Below are positions 38,813 to 53,631 of a stretch of 64,000 nt of DNA, in pieces (the first letter of the stretch is position 1; every line of letters begins with the position of its first letter). The position numbers were made by a program, and so were the translations under genes. Source of the DNA: Selaginella moellendorffii (Eukaryota > Plantae > Lycopodiophyta); contig NW_003314384.1 of assembly GCF_000143415.4 (NCBI RefSeq), positions 1 through 64,000 on the forward strand, written 5' to 3'. The notes under the pieces are model-generated. The model made no database searches, was not told the origin of the DNA, and saw nothing but the letters and a program-made list of their open reading frames with translations.

Positions 38813-41800
38813 TGTCACGAATGTGACTTCAGGTATCGAAAGTTACCTGTCGGCTAGTCCTTTCGGATATTCTTTCCTTACTGCCACGATGGCAGGAGGT
38901 CAGTATTGCTGGACCCATTATCAGTCTTCGCCTATAGCGCATGTGATCATGGGATGAGATTTGGATATACTGTCACCGTGGATCCTTGGAACCTTGGGGG
39001 ATAAATGGGGATAAAATAGCCATTAAGGGCTCTCTCATCAGGCAATTGCTCCTTTTCCAGTTGGATTAAGGGGAAAGAGATAAAGTGCACTACAGTTGGT
39101 ATCGGAGCAAATGGCATAGGTGACGAGAAACTCATGTTGTTGACTTACACTTGTTAGTGTTGGGAACCCCCACGATATTGAGCTTAGTCCCTCAATATTC
39201 TCTAAATGATAGCTTACCGTGTCTGCTAAACACCCTCTCTATCATGCCCTTTGTGTTAGTCTCATTTCGGTCCCAAATACTAATTATGGAAAGTGTCTAA
39301 ATTTTCTCATTTGGCATATCTACGGCATGTAGAGATTGGCTTGAACACAATGGTGTTCGTCCCGTGTCCAAATTTGCATTCTAGCACCATTCCATATTTA
39401 GTAAGTTTCGAACTTGTCCCAAAGACTAACTCCTGATACTAAAGGAGGTTTGGGGTGAAAGCTCGAAGCATGTGTTCCTTAAGGGGGGGGGGGGGGGCTG
39501 TGGGGGGTTCCAATCCAAATGTATAGTAGGGATGGTGGGTAGGTCGGGCATGGCCGACCAACCTGAGGCATAGTCTAGCTCTTGCTTGTGTGCCTGTCCT
39601 TGTTCTGCGTTTGGCTTGGGTCTAAGCCCAAGTTCCATTCCATGCTAGCTAGTGGAGTACCCATGTCCTCGCGTTAGGCCACTGGTATGCTAAAATAGCA
39701 CCAGACTCCATTTGGCTCCATTTTGCGTGCTAGTCCTGGCATTAGGATGCTGGTTGCTTTAGGACTGTTCCAAGTCGCTCCGAGCTCCTGTCCCTTCGCT
39801 CCTTGGGCTGTATGCTCGGGAGTTGCTCCGTGGTCTGGTTCCAACACTCCTTGGCTCCATGCTTGGGGGTTTGGTACCGTTCCTTCGTTCAATGGCCCAA
39901 GGCCCTAAACCTCGGGTTCCACACCACGTTCCTTTGGACACGTGGCATGTGACATGTGACATCTGTCACACGGCACATGGAGGGTTTAAGTTCCGCTTCG
40001 TGGTGTTATTCTATGGTAAATCATCATAGGATAAAGGGTAAAAACCACATGCGCTACATTTGGTATCAGAGGATGAGTCTCAGCGAGTACTATACAATGA
40101 GATTGGGCAACTAGTTTCATTGCATACACAGAGATGAAAACGATGATCCGAGTGGGTACACGTTTGGGTGCAAAGACTTCGCAATGGTTCCTTGGGTATG
40201 GATTTGGTTACCTTTTTGTAACGTAATAATGTAAGCTTGCTCTTGGGCTCATAGGACGGATTTGAGATGTTTCGTTTGCACGAGTTTACGCTTGGGCTCG
40301 TGGTTGAGGCGCATTAACAACTCAAGGTTACACTTTGAGTTGGCAAGATTAATGTAAGCCTATCGGTGGTTCCATGAGTTGTTCCATGTACTATGGGTGA
40401 AAGTAAACCTTCCCTGGGTTTGCTATGAGTAGCAAATATGCTGATCAGTAGCTATTTAGCACGGTAGATCCTTCCTAGGCATGATTACAAGTGATTCAAC
40501 CAAGACTGTAGGGATTAGTCTATTGGTTCAAGTAGTCATTGCCGTGCTCTCTCATAAACTTTTCTTGGATTGGATTGAAGGCAGTGCGAAAGCAAGCTTG
40601 AGGTTTAGTCAAAGATGAGACCAAAAAGATAGTCCTCAGGGATGAAGGATCAAACACGGAAATTATCTTCTTTTCTTGGAGAGATGATTTGTAACGAGGT
40701 GTTAACTTATTACTCGTGTTCACAATATGCAATCAAAAGTCCCTACCTTGATGCATGTTGGTTATGGTGGCCTTACAAGTGGTGAGTTGTGGGATGGATA
40801 GCAGTGAAGCGCTATACCATTTTGTCTAGGCTTACTATTGGAAGACTTGGGTTACAATACTCAATTCTTTTCCGGGGAACCTTGCTATTGCTCCTTGAGT
40901 AGCTTGGTGTTGGATTAGTTTGAGTTTGATCGGAAAGAGAGTGGCATGAGCTTGTCCATGTTGTGAATAAAAGTTAGTGGTGTTCAGTGTTGTAAATCTC
41001 TATCGGTGGAGTGTGGCATTGATGTTGCATTTTATTGAATCGAGTTGGCACTTGATACTCACATAAACGTTTGAAGTAGGCATTGCTTATTGCATTACTC
41101 AATTGATGATCAAATCATTGTGATATTTATATCATATCCATGTGATAATGGGCAATGTGTTTACGAAGTTGCTTGGTTAGACGATGATCAACCCCAAAGT
41201 GGTTGATGGAGAAACTAGCCTATTTGCAAGTAATACCATTGTAGTAGCTTTGACTGGATTCTCGGTGGTGATCCATTATGCTAAGTTTAAGTTGGTACCT
41301 TTTTTTCTTGAGGGCATACCCATTGAGGTGTTGGAAAATGGTTGTAGCATCCATTTGCTATAGCTTGTCAAATGATCCGTTAGCACTTAGAGTAAATTAT
41401 TGGATAAAGAAAATGTGTAGTTCAGGCATTGACATCGCTAGCATTTGTGTTAGTGGAAGTGGCATTGTTGATTCGAGTGATGAGGAATTTCCTTAGAGTT
41501 TGATTTTCCATGTCATTTTTCTTGTTAGTGTTTTGGCTTCACATTGGATTTTGAAGGTGGTTGAAGAAAAGTGTTACTGCAATATGTATATCCAAAGATG
41601 TGGTCTTTGTGATCAAGCCTTGGATGTTTCATTTGCATTTTGCGGATGTCAGTGTTAGATGTCGGAAGTATGGGCAAAAAGATGTTCGAGGTTTGAGCAT
41701 ACTATGGATCATGAGAATTGGTGTTAAAGTGAACTTATGTGAAGTCGTAGGTAGGAGGAAGTTGGTTGAGTCTTGAAAGTTTGTATTCCTGGACTGAGAG

Positions 41801-44110
41801 TCATTCTTTCTCTAGGATGGAAAATTTTCCACAAATTTTCTTAGGCTTTTCCAATGGCTGATCTGTTGATCACTTTGCCCAAAAACCATTCCATTTTCAT
41901 AAGCCAGTACAAACTAGTGAAGAGGTTGGAGTTAACTTCAGTTAGCTTAAACCTTAGTAGATAGTTTGTATGATGCGATCCAAAAGGGATGCTAACTTTT
42001 GGGGCTAAGACAATTGAGTTAAATAGAGTCTGGAGTTGGTATAGAAAAGTGGCCGTTACACTTTTCTAGAAATGTGACCTTTGTGCCTTTCTTCTGTAGT
42101 ATTGTGCTTGGTGGCAGGTTGCATCTTGCATTTCACTTAAACTCTATGAGAGTAGTGAGCTCTCACTGATCCTGACTTGGTTTTGGTGGCCTTGCGCCAT
42201 AGCTGAGGATAGTGATGTCCAACTTAGTTGTTTGCAGTTGAAATGTTAGTACCCGTACTATAGCTGTGTCTATGAGGAGGTTGTGTACCGATATGAGTTC
42301 ATCTCATGATCTTCACATTAGTTTCGACTGAGTGTTAATCATGCATAGCTAGCCTCTTCAAGGCATGTTCAGAGCTAGTGGCTAAATGTTTTAGTGAGCT
42401 TATTGCGGTTGAGTTGGATTCGAGTGGTCATTTAGTTTGTATTATTCTATGAACTTATATCTTGTACTTAGGGTATCATGTTCATGTTAGACAAGCATAC
42501 AACTTGATGGCATGAGTTTAGTGTTTAGGTCTTGTGAAGGCAAGTTGAAGAGTGATTGTTAGTTGCTTTGCAACTGGTGATTATTTGTAGATTTCATCAA
42601 GGACTATTGACACTTGCTTTGCTCAATGATAATTTAGTAGTGATGGGCTTGCTTTATTGGATGGTGTTGCGGAGGATCGTATCGTTAGACTTACATGAGT
42701 TTTTCATGTTGGCATGTCGACTCTACCTCTGTTGATATCATTTAGTTACATTTGGTCCATAGTGTTGGGCTTCATTGAGTCGTGGATGTGGTGAATCACT
42801 CCTTGATAATGTGTTATCTAAAACTGAGTATTGCTGAAGGATTGGTCTTGGATACTAATTAAGTATCTTCGACTTTGGTTAGCTTGGTTGCTAGAGAGCT
42901 TTGGGTGGTGATTCACTCTTGTTTTCTTTTGGCTTTGTTTTGGTGTTGATGGCATTGAAGTGATGCCCTATCATTGATATTGTTGGTATTGGGATTCAGG
43001 TGAAATGAGATATCTCTCTGTAGGATTGATATTGCATTTCATTAGTCTCGATGCAAATAGTGTTGATGATTTGGCTTTAGCTTTGTGTTGTTGACATTTG
43101 GTGCATTTGCTAATTAGCAACTGTGTTGACGTTCAAATGAACTGAGTGGCAAGTTTGAGTTAGTTGTGTTCCAGACGAGATTGTTTAGTAGAGGTTGAGC
43201 TTTAGCTTTCCCTGAAAAGAGATTTAGTCATGAACTATGCTAGCTTTACAAGAATAAGAGTTAGTAATTGATATTGGAATATTTGAATCCTTATTGGGTT
43301 TGAGTTGGAATATATCGATCATTGATGATTCTTCTTGTGCTTATTATGAAGTGAGTTACGTCTTGCTATAGATGGATTCATGGAGGATCGTTTAGTGATC
43401 ACTTGTTGAGCATAGCTCCATTGTGCTTGGCTTTTGGATTGATGCAAATATGCTCTTCATTAGCTTTGCATTATGAAGTTTAGCTTATAGATATGTTGAG
43501 GAGAATATTGTGGGTTGTACCATGATTTCTCTTTCGCATTGAAGTTAGTTCATGCAAGACTTATGATCATTGTTAGGCACGACTTTAAGTTTTTGCATTT
43601 CTCACATAGTGTGAGTACCGTGAACTTTTTCTAGAGTTGTTTCTTTGGCAATATTCTAGACTCGAGTATGTATCGATGAGGACGTCGATCTTCCCAAGGG
43701 GGGGAGAGTGTCGCAAATGTGACTTCGAGTATCGAAAGTTACATGTTGGCCAGTCCTTTCGGATATTTTTTCCTTACTGCCACGACGGCAGGAGGTCAGT
43801 ATTCTTGGACCCGTTATTAGTCTCCACCTAACCTAGTTGAGAAACTGGTCATCATATGTGCACTTAGACCGGAAGGGCACTAAGGAAGGAAATCCTATGT
43901 TGTCATTTAGTCAAGCATACTTGGCACGGTGTCGAGAAACTCATGTTGTTAACTTGCACTTGCTAGTGTTGGGAACCCCCTCGATATTGCTATGGGGGGT
44001 TCCAAATGTATAGTACGGATAGTGGGTAGGTCAGGCATGGCCGACCAACCTGAGGCATAGTCTAGCTCCCGCTTGTGTGCCTGTCCTTGTTCTGCGTTCG
44101 GCTTGGGTCC
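38813..44110 (+). mobile_element. Family-B LTR retroelement (5' LTR 38813-40058, non-coding interior, truncated 3' LTR from 43709)
   Basis: TGTCACG...GCTACA LTR. PBS TGGTATCAGAG at 40061. PPT AAGGGGGGGAGAG at 43696-43708. No long ORF in the interior. Confidence 0.85.
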
Positions 44111-44399
44111 AAGATAACCAAGATAAAGCTAGAAGAATGCAAGAATGAATCACCACTCAAACCTCTTTAGCAACTAAGCTAACTAAAGTTGAAGATACCT
44201 TACTCAATATTCGAAACCAATCCAACACTATAAACTAAATGCAACCAAATGATATTGACAAAGATGGAATTGATATGCTAACATGGAAAAATTATGAAAG
44301 TTTAATGATACGATCCTTTGCAACACCATTTTGTAAAGCAAGTCTATCATTGTTAAATCATTATCAAGCAAAGCAAGTGTCAATAATCTTTAACAAAGT

Positions 44400-44940
44400 C
44401 TATTAGCAATCAAAAACTATAAGATGGATTCATTTTGGTACACAACCTTTTCATAGATAAAAATATAATATAGGTACTAACACCTCAACTTTAAACAACT
44501 AAGTTGATAATCACTATCTTTAACAAAGATGTAAGGCCACCAAGACCAAATCAAGATTAATAAAAGCTCATTACTTTTATAGAGTTTAATAAAATGTAAA
44601 GTGCAATATGCCACCAAGAATAATGCTATAAAAAAAATATACAAGGGTCACCTTCTTTATACCCACTTTCTTACACTAACTCTAGAGTCTATCCAACTTA
44701 ATTGCTTTAGCCCCAAGACTCATTATCCCTTTCGGACCACATCATATAAATTATATACTAAGGTTTAAGCCAACCAAAGTCAACTCTAACCTCTTTATTA
44801 GTTTCTATTGACTTATAAAAATGGAATAGTTTTCGAGAAAAATAATCAAAAAATCAACCATTGGAAAAACCTAAAATAAATTGTGGAAAATTTTTCATAT
44901 TATAAAAAGAATCACTCTTAGTCTAGAAATATAAATGAAG
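44400..44940 (-). mobile_element. Inverted, degraded fragment of the family-B interior
   Basis: The reverse complement matches ~41770-42300 (e.g. the AAACCTTAGTAGATAGTTTG region). Confidence 0.6.
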
Positions 44941-45053
44941 AACTAGATAATCTTGTCTAGAATGTAATTAACTCAAACTTGCCACTCAATTGGTTTGAAT
45001 GTCAATATAGTTACTAACTAGAAAATACATGAATATCAATAATACAGCCAAAA

Positions 45054-45153
45054 NNNNNNNNNNNNNNNNNNNNNNNNNNNNNNNNNNNNNNNNNNNNNNN
45101 NNNNNNNNNNNNNNNNNNNNNNNNNNNNNNNNNNNNNNNNNNNNNNNNNNNNN
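45054..45153. other. Assembly gap (100 N) next to an (AT)n tract
   Basis: Run of N followed by ATATAT... Confidence 0.99.
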
Positions 45154-45921
45154 ATATATATATATATATATGTATGAATGTATGTATGAGTTTTTCCAGA
45201 CCAAAAACAAGACTAACTAGCAACTCAAAATCATCACAATTTATAATTCTATAAAATCACAGAGGTGAGGGTGCCAATCCCCTTACCTATAGCATGTAAA
45301 GTGATCACTACTACACCCCCTTTTAACACACTTATGAGTGATTACAAATGTATAGGGTAAAATATGTTATTATACCTTCTAACATATGTTATACATTTAG
45401 ATTAATCAAGTATAAATATATTTAAAAAATTTAAAATTTCTTAAACAGCTATCTTCTGGATATTTATAAATTATAAAAATGTTTACAGTTATAAACTTTC
45501 TTAAGCACCCATTCTTGCCATAAATAATCATATTACCTTACTGTGCTGGGTTGAGTGATGGGCTCTCCTATCATATATGTGATGATAGGAGAGTGGCAAT
45601 TCTTTGCTGTCCTGCTTGTACTGTAGGATGTGGTGATGAAATTGAGAGAAAGAATGAAGGGAAGATTTTTCTTCATTTCATTCATTAGAACTCTTGATTT
45701 CTCTTGTCTAAACTTTGCATAGAAAACTCTACTCTAAACTTTATATGAAAACAAACACATGAGTTACTACATTGTAAGGAAATGAGTGGAACTTAAGGGC
45801 TTCGTGTCTTTATTATGTTAAATTGTTTATGAACTTATAGCAATGATGTTGGTGTAGGAGCTGGGCCTGGTGCTGATGCTGGTGATTCTGGTGCCAATGC
45901 TGGAGGTGTTGGTACTGGTAG

Positions 45922-46559
45922 TCACGATAGGGATGGTGTTGGTGAAAGTGAAGGTGTTGGTGTTGGTGATAGTGGTGGTGGTTGTGTTCTAGGTGGAGTT
46001 CTTGGTCGTGGTGGTAGAGGCATTCTTGGTCGTGGTGGGGGTGGTCTTCTAGGTGGTGGTGGTGGTGGAGGACTTGGTGGTGGTGGAGGTGAACAAGCAT
46101 TTGGAGTAAAATAATAGGGTCCACAAGTGAACTTATTATTTCCATTATTGATGCATGTTCTTAAGGATTGGCCACTTGATCCACCATTTATGTCTGTTAA
46201 GAAAGAACACCCTCGGGGTGCTCTACTCGTATCGACACTCACTCGGCAACTCTCAATATCTGTTCCAGTCTTCACTAATTTAAAGATATTAAAGTATCCT
46301 CTATTATTTGTAAATGATGAATCACTGTCTCTTGGACAAACCAGGTTTACCTTGGCATCTGAAAGATTTAACAAGATTAGAAAAATACAGAAGATAGATC
46401 AATTTTCTTACTGAAAATGCCACTCTGAGAAAGTGATCCACAATTAGTACAATAAATATAGCCTTCTACTTTGATACTTGTAGTGGCAGCACAAAAATTT
46501 TCATTTTTCAGAATGACTGCAAGTAATAAAATTAAATAGAGAAATGTTTTGTTTTCCAT
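45922..46559 (-). CDS. Pollen Ole e 1 / extensin-like protein, copy 3 (exons 46559-46412 and 46358-45922)
   Basis: Identical translation. Shared flank extends ~45286-47650. Confidence 0.9.
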
Positions 46560-48035
46560 ACTTACATGGTAATGTGAGGTAAAAGAATGCCCTTTTATAA
46601 TCTGCACTGCATTAAGTTAAACATCTAAGGTACAACTAATCAAGACTTTTTTCAAATCCAAATATTCTTATTTATGTGATCTCATATTTCCTACTTTTGC
46701 TATGCCAATGATCTTAAACTTGGAATAATAATAATAATAATACTCAAGAATCTTTGTATATTTTTCAAAATCTAAACTTTGCATCTAATATTGGTTCAAA
46801 TAAATTATATTAAAATGGTGTTTAACACCTAGATTAAGAAAGAATATTCTCAAAATCGAGTGCTTAACTGCTACATGGAGGAAAACACACCTTAGTCGTT
46901 AATGCAAATCAGGCTTTACTGCATACAAGTATCTAGGTATCTGGATAGGTGGTACATGTGTTAACATAAAGCATCCCACCTAGATCTCTATGATGTTCGG
47001 TGTGCCCCAAGTTTCCTAAGGTAAAAGTCTTGGTGCAGCTGTAAATCTCTTTTTAACCTTTAACCTTTATACTTTGAAATTATGGTCTAAAAAAATATTC
47101 TCAGAATAACCTTTAATTTTGTGTCATACGAAATAATATATTAAAGAAGATAGCTCACCTTGGTGCAACATGGCTGCCAAGCAATGGTTTCTTCATTCAC
47201 CCACACTTTCTTGCAATGCTCAAGATATAAGGTGCCTCTAGCAGCCAGATCATCATTGTGTCCTTGTATGTTATTTATGGAAATAGTGTGGATTTCCACA
47301 CTAAAGATGCTACAATTGATCAAGTTTGGTCAACACCTCTTAGTCTAGTTATTTTCAACAGTTAGATCTTCTTTCTATAAAAGCATAGATACCAGTGACA
47401 AATTTATTATTATTGAGTTTAATTTTATGGTTGTGGAGAATCTCCAAGAAGAAAAAGATTTCTATCTTCATCACTTTTGAAGGGTTTAATACCTTCAATC
47501 TAGAATTGAGCCCAGCAATGGCATGGAGTGAACTAATCTAGGTTTGGGTTTGGCTTAAGATCACTTATCCTTAACCATATCTAAACTTAGATAATGAAAG
47601 GATAATCCAAGCACTTAGCCAAAAGCCATAAATATCACAAACACTATTCCATCACTTTGTTCCATTTCATGTTATTCCATTCAAATTATTCCATTTGAGA
47701 TGTAAGTAGAGTACCACTAAAATGCTCATCACTGTAGTCCCTCTATGAAATGGCAATTGTGTATATAGTTGGATATATAAAGAGGAATTCCTAGCAATCA
47801 AAAGAGTTATTTTCAATTTTTGATATCTTTTCACTTGGTATATAAATTATCTTGTCAATAACTATAATAATTTACAAATTTCACTTTGTGAGTGCATGAT
47901 ATATGGATATGAAATACAGAAATGCACATATGAATTAGTCCAAAAACCAACTTATATATAGGAGTGAGTGGTCAGAATTGAAACCAATTAAACAGCTACC
48001 AAAATCCCATTATATTAATATAAGTATATAGCATT

Positions 48036-49688
48036 TATTGTGAATGTGACTTTGGGTATCGAAAATTATCTATCGGCTAGTCCTTTTGGATATTCTTTCC
48101 TTACTACGATGACGGTAGGAAGTCGGTATTGTTGGACCTTTTATTAATCCCTTTTGTTTAAGTGTTAGTAAACTTGACTTTGCATCTGTACTTGGCTGGA
48201 CGAGCATAAGGAGGGTGTCTATTTAGTCAAACATACTTAGCCTAGCTTGTTAATTCTTTTTTGCTCTATCATGCACTTGCCTAACAAAAACCCTTACAAT
48301 ATTGAGATTGGTCCCTCAATATTTGCTAAATAATAGTTTATCATATCTACTAAACACCCTCGCTATCATGCTCTTTGTGTTGGTCTCATTTAGTTTCAAT
48401 TGCTATTTATGGAAAGTGTTTGGATTTGCTAATTTTGCATATTTACATAATGTAGAGATTGTCTTGAATACAATAGTGTTGGTCCTACGTCCAAATTCGC
48501 AATCTAACACCAATCCATATTTCAAACTCCTTATACTAAGGGTGGCTAAGGGTGAAAGCCCAAAGCATGTGTTCCTTAAGAGGAGGGGGGCAAGGGTAGG
48601 GTGGGGTAGGGTGGGGTGGGGTCCCACCACTATCTTTGGACACATGGCATATGGCATGTGGCATGTCATATATGGCATATAGAGGGTTTAGGTTTCGCTT
48701 CATAGTTATCCTATGGTAAATCACTATAAAATAAAGGGTGAAAACCACATACACTACATTTGGTATCAAAAGATACGTCTTAGTGAGTATTATCCAATGA
48801 GATTAGGTAACTAGTCTTGTTGCATATGCAGAGATGAAAACAATGATCTAAGTGGGTGCACGATTAGGTGCTATGACTTTGCAACCATTTCGTAGGTATG
48901 AAATTTGGTTACTTTTTTTATACTATATTATAGGAGCTTGCACTTGGGCTTATAGGATGGATTAAGATGTTCTATTTGCACAAGTTTGCGCTTTTGCTCG
49001 TGAGTGAAGCATATTAACAACTCAAGGTTACACTTTGAGTTGGCAGGATTAATGTTAACCTATCAATGGTTTCATGAATTGTTCTGTGTACCATAGGTAA
49101 AAGTAAATTTCCTCTGGGTTTGCTAGAAGTGGTGAATAAGCTAGTCTGTAGTTGTTTAGCATGGCATTAGTGGATTTTTCTTATGCATGATTATAAGTGG
49201 ATCAATCAAGATTGTAGGGATTAGTCTATTGGTTCAAGTGGTCATTGGTGCAATTTCTCATAAACTTTCTTGGATTGGACTGAAGGCAATATGAATGCAA
49301 GCTTAAGGTTTAATCAAGATGAGATTGAAAAGAGAGATGTCAGGGATGAAGGATTAAACATGTAAATCATCTTCTCTTCTTAGAGAAATGATTCATAATG
49401 AGGTGTTAACTCATTGCTCGTATTCACATTATGGAATCAAAAGTCCCTATCTTGATACATCTTAGTTATGATGGTTTTACAAGTGGTGACTCATAGGATG
49501 GATAGTGGTGAAATGCTAAATCATTTTGTTTAGGCTTGCTATTGAAAACTTGGGTTGCAATACTCAATTCTTTTTCAAGGAACTTTGTTATTGCTCTTTG
49601 AGTAGTTTGGTGTTAGATTAGTTTTGAGTTTGGTTGGATAAAGAGTGGTATAAGCTTATTTGTGTTGTGAACAAAAGTTAGTGGTGTT
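48036..49688 (+). mobile_element. Older family-B 5' LTR (48036-48758), PBS and start of interior, truncated by the DNA-transposon insertion
   Basis: PBS TGGTATCAAAAG at 48761. Colinear with 40061-40984 up to ...GTTAGTGGTGTT, then an abrupt switch. Confidence 0.8.
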
Positions 49689-50591
49689 GGAGCGCGGACC
49701 ATAGTTGAGCTCACAAGTTGAGCTCAATTTTCAATTGTAATTTAGTACAAACATTATAAACTTTAAAATTTTAAAGTTATGGTGAACCTAATAATTTCAT
49801 AATTCTCTATATATTATATAGATAAAAGTGTTCTAAAGGACACCTCTTGTTCTAATAATTTAAATATTTACTACATGCAATAATAGGGATGTTTGTTAAA
49901 ACATAAAATAAAATGTTTGCAAAAAGAGTATTCTTGTCACTTCTTTAAATTTATACTTTGTGCTTTCTAGCTAGTAAATGTTAGGTTTGTCAAAATTTTA
50001 AAATTATTAAATTGGAATTAAGATTCTATATAAGGACATATAACCATTTAAAAGGAACAACTATGATGGTACATATGCTCTCACAATACATTGTAACATC
50101 ATACACCCAAAAGACTATCATGAAATAGTTTTTTGAGATGGTAAAGACAAAAATGGAGACTCACAAATACTATGGGTAGTATTGCAAAAAGAACCTTGCA
50201 AGTATATGAAATGAAAAGTGAAATAATAAAATATTTTTATTAATTATATAAGGTATAATTAGTTTATATTATTGATAGAGAATAAACATCGATAGTGTTG
50301 GAAAATCTAATTAGCTCCAAAAGTTTTCTGCAACTCAGCAATAGTAAAGCTTGCTTGGTGTATATAAATTTCCACTTTAGGATCCTGGTGTAAAATGTTG
50401 ATGAAGATGTAGTACATATGCTTGCAAGGAGCATATGCCTTCCCATGTTCCTCGCGCTTCGTAAAGTCTGGACATGTGCAAGAAGGAAAGTCTTGAATGG
50501 CAATTGTGTACTCTCCACCTTCTGTTTTGACTATTTACTCCTTTGCAAGCGCAGTGATGTACTTCATGGAGAGAATCTCACACTCAAGTGT

Positions 50592-53500
50592 TTAAGCCAA
50601 GTTTATTTTACCTTGCTTCTGCTTGGAAATGGTACCAATAAACTTAATTGCCTTACCCTTTCTCGTTGGCCTCCTATGCATCTCTGTAGGAACAATTCTA
50701 GTTTTATCACTCATGTTTCCAACTCTCCTTTCAAGATTGAAACCAGATTTCTCAAGGTTTTCAATCTCATTCGAGGTGAGTGCAACCCCATTAGCAACTA
50801 GCCATTCTTTAGGTACTGCATTAGGTTTAGTCACTATAGTGTCTTCAAGCCGCTTTGTATGGTTGACATTAAAGTTGCAGCAATATAACTAACACCATCT
50901 TGAAAATCCTGCTTACTTTCGTTCCCCATGGAAACATGGGGTTGGAACAGAAGTAAACTTGTCACCACAGATCCAAGCCCAACACTTGCCCCTTGGAAGC
51001 ATCCCCACATACTTTACATTTGATTTTGTTGGCACTCGATGGATTGCCCATTGCTTCAACTCCATGCTACAATAAGCAATTTCAACATGTTGTGATGCAC
51101 TTTCTTCAGCAGCCACTTGAGGTGGCTCGGTTCTAGGGCGATGTCTTGGAGTAGAATGATACTCAATATCAAGCCTGTGAGAGCTTTTTGCTCCAAGATC
51201 CGTGCCAACATCTTCACCAACAAAGGAAAATTGACACTTTGAGCAGACGGTCTTTATATCACCAATAGAAGCCCGAGGAGTGTACTCCATAGATGTGCTG
51301 CGGACCACTTCCTCTGCTGTAGTTGCCATTGTTCGTGCTAGTGGAGTCACTTTCTTCTTCATTCAATCGTGTAACATCTCAACCGAAGGTCCTGTTCCCA
51401 TGTATCTTCCTTCCTCAAATGCCAAGGCTTTTGAAGATTGCTCTACAACGTGTATCAAATCTGATAGACATGCTTCATATAGACTCATCTTCCCTTTCCC
51501 TGCCTCAGAGGAACGCCAGCTCCAATGTTTACTCTCTGAGAGATTCACAGTTGGGGTGTATGCAAGATCCTTAAATGGTTGATCCTTATAAAAAGATGAT
51601 ATTAAAAAGCAATAAAAAGAGAGGAAAAAAAGAAAAACTAACTTGAAAAGAGTGATGTCCCCATTGGAACATTCTAACTTCCCACCACCCCAACCACGAC
51701 TCAAGTTGTGGTAGACAACTTACGTCAGTATGGCCATCTTCACGCCACCACATTCGGATCTCGTTTGCTTTTGCCTCATGCTCTTCTTCAGAAGGTACAG
51801 CCTGCCATTGTTTGCACAACTCCTTAAATGCTAATTAGAAATCTAGCTTGATAAGGTGGTAGTGTTGGTTTAGGCTCTGAGCCCAATGGAACTCACAAGT
51901 CCTCTCACGACCTTCTAGGGGTAAACCATTCCCAAAGATTGCCCGGACACCATTCCAATTAGCCCCAACCCCATCTGCCATAAAACCGTGAAAGTTGGTA
52001 GGCTTACCAGTCTGCTTCAATACAATGTTAGAGAGGGACTTCCAAAATATTTCGTGAGCCATCTGGCCTTATACTTTAAACTCTGCCATTGCAATTGTCA
52101 AGTTACAATGTAGCCTGTGAAAAGCACAATATTTAAAACCATTTTAAGATAATGAGAAAAAAAACTACCTCGGATCATACATATAAGCTCCCATGGTTGT
52201 CCAACCCACCACCTGCTCCATATGGTCAAAATGTACCCATGCATTAGCAAGGTCACTCGATTTAGATATATCCATTTGGGAAACAAGATCCACATCAGAA
52301 GCAGGGCCTATGGTAAACATTTTGAAAATGAAGGGGCGCTCTTGCTCACTAACGACTTGATCTAGAAATAAACTCCCATGGATAAACTCATAGGGACAAG
52401 TCCGTTTTAATTCAAGGATTGAGTCAATTTTTTATTGGAGTTTCCCCTCTTGAGATTTACACATCCAAGACTTTATCCTAAATAAAACAAAATGTAAAAG
52501 AGATATTATTGAAAAGTATGTAATAATATTTTTATACCTTCTGAGGGTAGTTGTAGGTTGCACATATTGTAGTAACTCCCGCAAGCTAGTCTCATCCAGT
52601 TGAGTATTCTTGTAATCTGGATCAAGTAAAGTGCTTGTGATAAAATCCTTGAGCACTGTCTTTTGAACATGCTTCGGAGTTGCAGATGAGTTTCTCATAG
52701 TCTCTATCTACACTGCATGTTTGAGACAGTTGACTGAACTCCTTTGTATCTCTTCCTGCATTGGATGTGTGTGCATGCCAATATGTACTGCAGCTCTACC
52801 AACCTCTCCATCTTGTGGAAGAAAATAGTACATCTTGGCCCCGCAGATGGCACGGCACAATGGAGCATTCTTGCAAAACCGACACTTGAATCCAACACCA
52901 ATGGTGTCACAGAGGGGAGGATTGGTTGCAGATCCTTAAAAAAATGTGGAGTTTTTACTGCGCTCTCGATTGCATGCTTTATTCACACAATCCAAAAACC
53001 CACCACAATGAACCATGGACACTGTGCCTTTGAAATACTAGAAGTGTGTGGTCTTGATCTTGCACCAGTTGTGGATGTCCTGCTTCATCTCCATCCCCTT
53101 TCATTTTGAGCTAACAAGAGGTGGTAGTTCAAAGAAGATATTGCTATTGTATATAGATGGGAGCTCGCTAACATGCCAATGCAGAAAGGAATGAACATCA
53201 ATAGAGAGTCGGGAAAACTGGAAAGCGTTGCAAACAACTTGGAATATCAGTGAAGTTAGAGTTTGGAAATTCTTGGCTTGCACTGGACTAACATCTCCAC
53301 TAGAACTAGAAGAGGAAGAAATGATGACGACCGACTCTAGCTTCACATTCACTTTAGCAGGATCGCAACCTCGCACTTTGATTGGAGATCCAAAAACTCG
53401 AATCTCTTTCGACTTAGAATGTTGCAAATCCCAATGTTGTTCACCTTCACCTACACTCGAAAGAAGAAACTCCAATCGTTCAACTACACCAATGTTGTTG

Positions 53501-53631
53501 CGAATCACAGCTTCCAATGAAATAAAACCAAGAGAAAGATCAAAACGTCGGCAAAGAAAACTTTCTGAAATAAGACTTTGGGAGAAAGAAAGTGGTGGGT
53601 GATCTTGGTAATGCAAAAGAAAGCCCTCCAT
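50592..53631 (-). pseudogene. Mutator/MULE-like DDE transposase with N-terminal Cys/His (GCM-like) domain; multiple stops and frameshifts
   Basis: Joined frames give YNSNIFFELPP..HCGGFLDCVNKAC..CRFC..C..HIGMHTHP, then WVHFDH, FHGFMADGVGANWNGVR, CEFHWAQS (CxxH) and TVNLSESKH, the D/D/CxxH/E order of Mutator transposases. Confidence 0.75.
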